DNA of 54,240 bases, taken from contig WELB01000032.1 in the NCBI GenBank assembly GCA_009602725.1, positions 108,488 through 162,727 of the forward strand, written 5' to 3'. The translations under genes and the position numbers were made by a program. This DNA is from Spirogloea muscicola. Lineage: Eukaryota. Of the stretch, positions 45,391 through 54,240 are shown in pieces. Numbering within the stretch: position 1 is the first letter of the stretch; every line of letters starts with the position of its first letter. The notes below the pieces were generated by a model that had not been told where the DNA came from, did no database searches, and saw only the letters and a program-made list of their open reading frames with translations.

Positions 45391-47552
45391 ATGACATCCA
45401 GCTCCCAAGTTGCTCTAAGGCTGTCACAAGAAACAGCAGTCAACAGGTGCTACACATCCTGCCTCAGTGCCGCTTGCTAGTGACAGATGTTACACACTCC
45501 AGGTTATTCTGCATGCAGCAGCTTGATTGAGTAACGCGATCGAGACTGGAGACGAAATGGTGGTCTCTTATTTGCTCTTCAAGCATTGACAGGAATGATG
45601 TATTTGACTTCCTAGTCGAAGAAGAACCTGAGGGAAACGAGGACGCTCTTTCGCAATCCGAGTCTGGCATGAGCCAGGGCAGACCAAAAGAGGAAGATTC
45701 TGTTGATGAGGTACCTGTTCACCTTCCTGTTGACCTCTCTGACTACCAAAAGACCGAAGAAGAGGCCCACGTAAGCAGTGGCATTAGCAGCAGTAGCCAT
45801 GCAGCACATGCTAGTGAAGAAGGCACGAAGATAGGAGTAACAGACCAAGGTCCAACAGGCGAAGCCTCGGGTCCACAAGTGCTTACAGTGGAGGCACAGG
45901 GGCCTCAAACAGCCGAACCTCCACTGCAGCAGACTTCACCTTCTCCGCTTCAAGTGGATGGACTTCACGAAGTGCAACAGGGTCTTGCCCATGGATCTAC
46001 ACGGGCACGCTCGTCTTGGCTAAGTGGCCTCTTCTTTGGCAGGAAGGTGATAGAAGATAGGGAGCAAGAAGAAGCTGGCGAGCACAAGATGAAACTACAG
46101 TACGTTGAGCAAGCTCCGGCTGCAGCTGAGAAGGAGATCAGAGAGACAAGCTGGCTTGCTGATAACAACCATGAGTCCATGACGACAGCAGATGATGATG
46201 GCCAAGGTAGCACTGGTCCTGATCAACATGCAGGCAGTCTACCAGATGGCACAGTCGGTGCATCACAGGCAGAAGGTGACCGAGCAGCTGGCGAGAATCT
46301 CAGAATTGCTCAAACGCTTGGTTCAGTTGGCACACCTGCGGGTGAGGTGGAAGCTACAGAGCTTCCCAATGCTGCCATTGCTGGGGACATTCCGCAAATG
46401 CAGTGTTCAGACCAGCAGGTCAGCAATGAGCAGCTGATTGACACCGAGCTGCAGGTCAAGGGTGACCAGGAGTTGGAAGTCGGAGTACCCTCGACTCATG
46501 TCATCGAGGGCTTGCCTCCTCTCACAGAAGCTGGCACTATGGTCCCTCACATTGAAGGGCAAGCTCAGAGTGACGAACATGACGAGGCGGATTCAGTAAG
46601 TAGCAAACATTCTGACAGACACTTTGACGAAGACGTGCCTCTGGAGTGCAGCAAGGAGCATGACAAGCACGACACAATTGGCTACAAGGAGCTTGAAGAG
46701 GGAAATGGCAAGGACGGGGAGTCGGAAGGAGTACAATCGCTTTGTGCTGGCCCCTCAATCCAACAGCACGACGTGATGCCTTCGAGTACATCAGAAGGCT
46801 ATGGCACAGAGCCTCCCGGAGCTGCGACTGGAGGAAGAGAGCAAGAAGAGTCAGATGCAAGCAGCAATGACGATGCAGACCCTGACACAGGGAGGCTTGA
46901 CCGTTCTCAGCTACATGTGCAAGACTGGGTGTCCTGGGCAGCGTTGGAGGTTTGCCCATGCAATGCAACCCTGCGGTCTGATGACTGACTAGCCTGCCTG
47001 GGCTCGTGTGACAGACAAATGTTGATTGGTGCTCGTCTGAAGCGCAAGTCTAGCCATCAACTTACTTTGAGTGTCGCTTAGATTGCAATGACACAAGCAA
47101 ACAGCTCCTGAGTAGCTTTCGGTTCTAATTGTTATCTTGACAGACCAAGACCTCAATCAGCGAGACACTCACTGCACTTGTGGCATCATGTGGTCATCTA
47201 CCATCAGCCATGGCACTTCTCCGAGGTTTGCAGTGTGAGCTGCTGACGTTTGGCCTCTCACTGTGCTTGGTGACGAATTGCATTCGGCACCTTTCTGAAT
47301 ACTTCAACTGGCTCATGTGTAGCTGAAACAAACCGCAAGAGGTTGGCTATACAGCCGGAGGACACAACTGATCACGCCCAATGCAGCAGCCACAAGAAAA
47401 GGCGACATGGACGGAGCAACATCACAAGGCTGGACAGGAGCCCTCCAAGATGTGCAGTGCCACAAAGGCGTGACCTTCAGGCTGCCCTTCAAAGGCGGAT
47501 ACATTTTTTAACGGGGGGCATTCGGGTACGGCCTTGTCAGTCTCAACACTGA
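45391..47552 (+). CDS. Uncharacterised acidic, largely disordered protein with a small helical C-terminal domain
   Basis: Phase-consistent exons 45391-45446, 45593-46928, 47144-47225 and 47323-47552 with GT-AG junctions. The large exon is an open E/D/S-rich frame of about 445 codons. Further upstream exons are possible. Confidence 0.6.
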
Positions 47553-47900
47553 CTGTGGGCACCACCTCAAGCTATGATGACCACCCTGTGCTGTCCCTGC
47601 TGTCTCTGATCCTACAGCCTTTGTCGCCAGCCGGAGACAACATTTCCAGACTCTCATTAAGTACATATAACAAGCTTATGTTGAGTCACAAGTAACAATA
47701 AAACCTTTCAACGGAGCGCCATTCCTGCTGAGATGCAAAAGAGCGTGACCAATATTGCAGGACAAAGGCAGTTGCTGTGACTTCCAAACAGACCTCATAA
47801 GCAACATCGAGATAGGAAACCATGAAGGGATGATATAAGGACGTCATTGCTTGGACTGAAGTGGAGGCCATGCTCTAAGCATCATTCTCCTGCCTAATTA

Positions 47901-49510
47901 TTAAGCCTTGCGATCTACGCTCTTCATTAGTTTCACGCTTGGTGTGCCGGGCTGCGCCTCGGGGCTAGCCCAGAGCCTGCCAGCAGCAGCCTCCGCCTCG
48001 CCGAGGAGGCCCCCATAGAGGCCGCCAGCTGGAGGAGACTTCACCTTGGTCAGGTAAGCCCTGAGCTTGTCGGTCACCTTGGGCGTGGTCACTGCCGCCT
48101 CGCCTCCATTTGCCTGCACCTTGGCAGTCTCCTCGCCGCCACCTCCGCTGCTGGCGCTGCTATTGGGGATGACCACGGACTGCACAAGTAGCTCGTACTT
48201 TCCCCTGAGACTGCTGCCCTCCTTGGCGCCGACCGGGCCAGGCTCGAAGCTCACATCGGCGCCATCCGAGTAGCCCATGAAGTCAGCAAGAGAGCCGCCC
48301 AGGTCGTCTCGGAAGGACACTCGCCGGCTTCGCGGGTGCTTGGCTTTGGAGCACCGCTGGTCGTCCACCGCAGCCTCGTTGCTCCGCTTCCTGCTTCCAT
48401 TTAGCTCTGCATTGCCGCTTCCAAGCCCGCTGCTGTGCCCGTCCGCCTCGCTCAAGCGAGCACTGCCGCCATCCGCCCCTGGCGGCCCTCGAGAGCTCTG
48501 TCTTGTCTCATCGCTAACCGTCCCTCCTGCATGTGGCACCCGAGGAAGACCCAGCTTGTTGACCGCCGTGTTGTAGGCAAGCACAGCGTCCTCGTCTGTC
48601 GGGTCGGGCGGCAGCGGCAGGTCGGCCTCAGAGACGGGCCGCTCGACCAATGTCTGCCGGCGGAGAATGTAGCTCCGTGTGGAGGCCGCAAAGCGCAGGG
48701 ACTGGCCGACCTCCAGCTCTGTCGGGCCGTCCTTCCCGAGGCGCTCATTTGACACAAATGTGCCGTGTGCCGAGCCCAGGTCGAACACGAACACTCTGCA
48801 TGAGAGGGCATGGTTCAGCCTGCTGGCTCAGGTGGCTTGTGGGCAGGGAAGATAACCATATGCCCAAGCACAACCTGATGTCGAGGGTGCGGGTTGTTTA
48901 ATTGCACAAGGCGTGCCCGTGAGCGCCTAAAGATATGTGACTTTGACACTTGAGGAATAGATCCTGCACAGCAAAACTGAAATAACTGCTTTGCCTCGTG
49001 CCGTGGACACTTGAGCTTATACAACAGGACTGACCTGCCATTCTTGTGGGGCACGACAACAGCGTGCTGCCGGGAGACAGATGGGTGGTCGAGGACGAAG
49101 TCGACGGCGGTGGCTTGGCGGCCAAAGAGCGCGCGCCGACGCTCCAGAGGGATGCGGTCCACGACCTTGTCATCCTTGACGACGTCCAGCCAGAGGGTGC
49201 CGGCGCGCGGCTCCGCCGACCACTCAGGGGGCTGCCATGCCGACGCCGAGCCGCCTGCCAAGGAGCTCACTGGCAGCGCCGGCTCTGCGAGGAGCGGCGC
49301 CTAGTCTCCAGCGCGTCAGCCGGCAATTTGGTGTGTACGAGCCCGCTGCCGTGGCCTGCGCCGTGGCAGGGCGGCTGCAGCGGCAGAGCCCTGGCTCCGT
49401 GGGACAGCGGCGGCCGCGGTCCGGCCAGCCGGCGGACGCGGTGCGCCGGCAAGGCGGCAGAAGCGCAGAAGGCGAGCATTGCGGGGAGCCGACCTGCGGC
49501 GGCCGGAGGA

Positions 49511-49543
<33 letters not shown>

Positions 49544-49620
49544 GCCTCGGCCTGGGCGATGTTGAAGGGCTCGAGCGTCTCCGCCTTGCGGAAGCGCTCC
49601 AGGCCCTGCCTGCCGTACAT
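47901..49620 (-). CDS. FHA-domain PP1 regulatory protein (PPP1R8/NIPP1-like, At5g47790-type)
   Basis: MYGRQGLERFRKAETLEPF start; WQPPEWSAEPR; FHA motifs FGRQ, HPSVSRQHA and DLGSAHGTF; RVxF PP1-docking motif RRVSFRD (about 48312-48326). Confidence 0.88.
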
Positions 49621-50080
49621 CGTCTGCGCTCGCTCGCCCGCCCGCTCGCCGGCGGCCGCCGGGCCGCCACGCCTCGCGCGCCGCCGNNNNNNNNNNNNNN
49701 NNNNNNNNNNNNNNNNNNNNNNNNNNNNNNNNNNNNNNNNNNNNNNNNNNNNNNNNNNNNNNNNNNNNNNNNNNNNNNNNNNNNNNNNNNNNNNNNNNNN
49801 NNNNNNNNNNNNNNNNNNNNNNNNNNNNNNNNNNNNNNNNNNNNNNNNNNNNNNNNNNNNNNNNNNNNNNNNNNNNNNNNNNNNNNNNNNNNNNNNNNNN
49901 NNNNNNNNNNNNNNNNNNNNNNNNNNNNNNNNNNNNNNNNNNNNNNNNNNNNNNNNNNNNNNNNNNNNNNNNNNNNNNNNNNNNNNNNNNNNNNNNNNNN
50001 NNNNNNNNNNNNNNNNNNNNNNNNNNNNNNNNNNNNNNNNNNNNNNNNNNNNNNNNNNNNNNNNNNNNNNNNNNNNTTTT

Positions 50081-50149
<69 letters not shown>

Positions 50150-50215
50150 NNNNNNNNNNNNNNNNNNNNNNNNNNNNNNNNNNNNNNNNNNNNNNNNNNN
50201 NNNNNNNNNNNNNNT

Positions 50216-52655
50216 TGGGCGCGCGGCGGCGGCCACGAGCTCCGCCTGGAGCTGCGCGCGCTGCCCGGCGCCGTCCACGACCTCCAGTGGTCCGCCGACG
50301 GCCAGCGCATCGCCGCCTGCGGCGACGGCCGCGGTGCCACGTTCGTCCGCTGCTTCATGTACGCCGGTCCCCCATGCAGACCGTTGCCGCCAATGGCGGC
50401 CGCACTAGCCTCGGCAGTTGCCGACGGGGCCTCGGGGGCGCTGACGCAGCGATGGCCTGGCCACGACCGCCGCCGCCGCGTCCGCAGGTGGGACACCGGG
50501 ACGAACGTGGGCGAGCTGGACGGCCACTCTAAGCGCGTCCTCAGCTGCGACGTCCGGCCGGTGCGCCCGCTGCGCGTCATGACCGGCGGCGAGGACTTCC
50601 TCGTCAACTACTACGAGGGCCCCCCCTTCCGCTTCAAGTCCTCCCACAGGTCCGCCCCCGCGGCCACCGCCGCCGCCGCCACCGCCGCGGGCCGTCGCTG
50701 CCGCCGATCGAATGTCGGAGCCGGTGCCCAGGCTCATTGCGCTCACTGTGGCTCTCATCCTGCGCAGGGAGCACCGCAACTTTGTCAACTGCCTGCGGTA
50801 CTCGCCTGATGGCAGCAAGGTCCTCACGGTCGGATCCGACAAGCGCGGCATCCTCTTCTCCGGCAGCACCGGCGAGAAGCTCGGGGAGCTGGCCGCGGAG
50901 GGCGGCCATGCCGGCAGCATCTACGCCGCCAGCTGGAGCCCTGACGGCACGCAGGTGACAACGGACGGCCGGCACGCTGCCGACTCCTATGAGTGCTTGC
51001 TTGCGCACCATCCGCAAGGTGCACTCTGATGTTGACGCTGTGGCGCCGGCGGTGGTCGGGCGGCTGCAATGCAGGTCCTGACGGTGTCCGCAGACAAGAC
51101 GGCCAAGGTGTGGGACGTGGCGGCGGACGGGTCGTCGGCGGCCGTCGCGTCGACGTTCACATTCGACGACAAGCCCGGCGTTGAGCACATGCAGGTGGGC
51201 TGCCTCTGGCTCGGCCGCCACATGGTCACCGTCTCGCTCAGCGGCAACATCAACTACCTCGATGCCGGCTCGCCGTCTCGGCCCCGCAGGTGAGACGGGG
51301 CCGCAACAGCCGAGAGCACAGGGAGTTTGGGTTCAGTCTTGGGGGCTCAGAACCTGAGAGCCTGCAGTGCAGGGCATGATGCGCTCCTGGTTGTGGCACT
51401 TAGGCGGGAGTCGTCCGTGTCAACGAGCTATCTGCGTGATCCTCGTCCAGTGGAGCTGCTCATTGCAGGGTCATAACGGGCCACAGCAAGTACATCACGG
51501 CGCTGGCTCTCGCACCGCAAGGGCTGCCTGCCAAAGATGTTGCCTGCGAGGAGGGCGGCGTTGACGGCCTGGCGCTCTTCACCGCAGGCGCCGATGGCAC
51601 AATTGTGCGATGGCAGGCTGGGGTCGGGCCGCTGGGCCGGGTGACGGGCAAGGGCCACGGTGCTGCTATTGTGGGCATGGCCGCCACTGAGGACCGCCTC
51701 ATCACGTGCGGTCTTGACGACATGGTCTGCATTCCCCTTGACACTGGATCCTATTTCTGTGACTCCTTTTTTTACCTGTCTTGCAAGCTACTCTGTGTCA
51801 AGCTGTAGACCGTAGCTGCGATCAAGCTCAACAGGTCGGGCGAGATCTCTGCTCTGAGCTTCACAATGTTGCCTTTCCGCAGGTCAGGTGGACGGCCATG
51901 CCTGCTGAGCAGTTCGATGAAGGGGCCGCAGTGGCGCTCGGTGGCCAGCCCACGGGCCTCGCGGTGGCGGCCGCCCACCCCAACCTTGTGCTGTGCACCA
52001 CGGCGGCCGGCCTTGTGCTTCTACAGGGGGGCTCTGTTGCATCTCGAATGGCCATTGGCTATGCTGGAACCACTGTTGCGCTCTCGCCCGATGGCAGCCA
52101 GGCAGCGGTCGGCGGTGCGGATGGCAAGATCCGGGTTTATGGAGTAGCTGGTGACGAGCTCGTCGAGGAGACTGCGCTGGAGCGCCACCGCGGGCAGATC
52201 ACGACACTGCGCTACTCTCCGGATGGATTGATGCTCGCATCCGGCGACCAGAACCGGGAGACTGTGGTCTGGGACGTTGCCACGAGGGAGGTGCGTGCTC
52301 TGGCATCATAACTGCTGCTTATGGCTTGGATCTGAGGAGCATGTCTTTGCACTGAGGCTTGACAATGGAAGCGCCGTTGCTGTATTGCGCTGGCTTTGCT
52401 CAGGTGAAGATGCGGGGCATGGTATACCACACGGCGCGCGTCAGCGCCGTCGCCTGGTCCTCGGACTCGGCACGGCTGGCGACGGCATCGCTGGACACAA
52501 GCATCCTGGTGTACGAAGTCGGACGGCCTGCGTCAGCACATGTCACCATCAAAGGCGCGCACGCTGGTGGCGTCACAGACATTGTCTTTGCTGGTGCACG
52601 TGGCCTCGTGTCGGTAGGCGACGATGCCTGCGTGCGATTCTGGATGCTGCCCTGA
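50216..52655 (+). CDS. AIP1: Actin-interacting protein 1 (AIP1/WDR1), WD40 repeat protein; 5' end in the N gap
   Basis: [70 protein letters not shown], and [20 protein letters not shown]. Stop at 52653-52655. Confidence 0.92.
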
Positions 52656-52764
52656 GTGGCGGGCCTCCCTGCTGAGGCCCTCTCACCTTTGCTTTGCTGT
52701 CGAGCAGCAAGCGAAGTGTATGTCGCTCAGCACCGAAGGCAGCATGCTTGTATAGCTGCCGCGG

Positions 52765-54240
52765 TCAGGGCGGGGGCGTGCGCTCAAGAATGTCAAAGAG
52801 CACGTCATCGATTGAGTAGCCGAGGACTCGGAGCATGTCGCGGAGGCGTGCCTCGGGGCGCGGCACGCCTCGCGCTCGCATCCACGTGTGGATGCCGAAC
52901 AGCTTGCCCATCGCAAACAGCTCCAGCGCCTCGGGATTGAACACCAGCCCCATCTGCTTGCTCATCTGCACTCAGGAAGGGGGCCAAGGTTAACTACATT
53001 TGGCATTGATATGAAAATCGGGTTTTTGTTTTTTAGGTTACAAGGTATCTTGCTATGATTTTCGGTTCTGCTTCTGGCATGTTTGCTTATGATTTGAGGT
53101 TCTGCATACACGGCTCAACTGTTGAAAGTCAATGTATGAGACAACCACATTAGTAGACTTAGGCCCACATTGGTGCGGAGCCTGGACTACCAAGCATGAA
53201 AACCAAAGTCCCAGGTGACAAGCCTGTGAGCTTGGAAATGAGGCTTCAGACCCACTTTGGCAACACGCCAGGCCTACGCAAGGCAACGGCGCTGCCAGAA
53301 TTGACTGCCGAGGCGCCGCCACCGTTCATGCACCGCAGGCTGACGAGCGACGACAAGGATCCTGGAGCAGGGGCAATCTGGTGGTGGAGGGTGGTCAGCG
53401 GCTCGCCTGGTGGGGCACGAGCATGGCGGCGTAGCGCGCGAGCTCGCCGGCGCGCCAATCGAGGACGGCGGGCAGCCACGGGTAGGCGGCGTCCAAGCGT
53501 ACAAACCAGAGGCGCACGTCGGGCAGCTCCGACAGCTCGCGCGGGTCCAGCGGGTCCGCCCGCTCGTACCGGATCGTGAAGCCCACCGTACGCTCAAGGA
53601 GCTCCGCCGGCGGCCTCGCTGGCTCCGACACGTTGTCGCCTGCTCGCTGACAGCCCCGGCTGAGTCAGTTGAGGTGGGGGGGTCTGGACATGCAAGCTCC
53701 TAGCTCAGATTCAACTGCAAGTATCAGCTCAGTAGGCAGTATCAGCCACTGGCAAGGGGTCAGCCTGCTACTTCTGCGGAGCCAGGCCCGCTTCTGCCAA
53801 GCCCGGCAGTCTGTAGAAACCGCCGGTCTGCCGGCATGGCGCCGAAGAGGCGCGGCGCCCACTGCCGTCTCGTCCGCAGACCTTGCCATCGGGAGCACGG
53901 GAGCTGGCAGGCGTGCTGCTGGTCCAGTGGCTCTCGCCACCGAACGGAGGGTCTCAGGGATAGGGCTTTGGGTTTTAGGGTTACGGTGTAGGTTTTGGGG
54001 TCTAGGGGTTTAGGGTTCTGCGGGTACAGGCTCTGGCCATGGCCGCCTAAGCCCGCGCCCACGAGCTCGGAGGCGAGCCGGAGGAGCTCACCAATGCGGG
54101 CGACGTAGGGGCGCAGCACGGCGTGCGCGGCGGCGAGGTCGAGGCCGCGGATGGCGGCGCCGTCGACCAGGATCTCAACGCGGCGCGCCGTCGGCGGCGG
54201 GCTCAGCGCGACGGCGGCGTCCGGCGACGCTGCTGCAGCC
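52765..54240 (-). CDS. CRR6: CHLORORESPIRATORY REDUCTION 6 (NDH assembly factor, DUF1817); 5' part lies beyond the window
   Basis: DPRELSELPDVRLWFVRLDAAYPWLPAVLDWRAGELARYAAMLVPHQ|MSKQMGLVFNPEALELF matches CRR6. Confidence 0.9.
53954..54017. repeat. Degenerate telomere-like (TTTAGGG) tract in a CRR6 intron
   Basis: tcagggatagggctttgggttttagggttacggtgtaggttttggggtctaggggtttagggtt. Confidence 0.65.

Overview
Eukaryotic, intron-rich, compact nuclear DNA with GC-rich 5' gene ends, where most of the N-gaps fall. The gene set (ClpD, CRR6/NDH assembly factor, URT1, YAK1, At1g29790-type methyltransferase) and TTTAGGG-type repeats point to a streptophyte alga or early-diverging plant; the species cannot be fixed from sequence alone. 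There are about 11 protein-coding genes: SAM methyltransferase (+), DHX29/DHX57-like DEAH helicase with an N-terminal C2H2 finger (-), PDI (+), ClpD (+), YAK1 kinase (+), an apparently intronless microbial-terpene-synthase-like gene with degenerate catalytic motifs (-), URT1 TUTase (-), an orphan acidic protein with a Rap1-RCT-like C-terminus (+), FHA/NIPP1-like PP1 regulator (-), AIP1/WDR1 (+) and CRR6 (-, runs off the end). Two clusters of one hairpin-rich repeat family (34.6-35.7 kb and 42.8-44.3 kb) bracket URT1. The most interesting items are the terpene-synthase-fold candidate pseudoenzyme, the palindrome-based foldback repeat family and the RCT-like orphan. Exon boundaries were assigned by eye and gene coordinates span introns.
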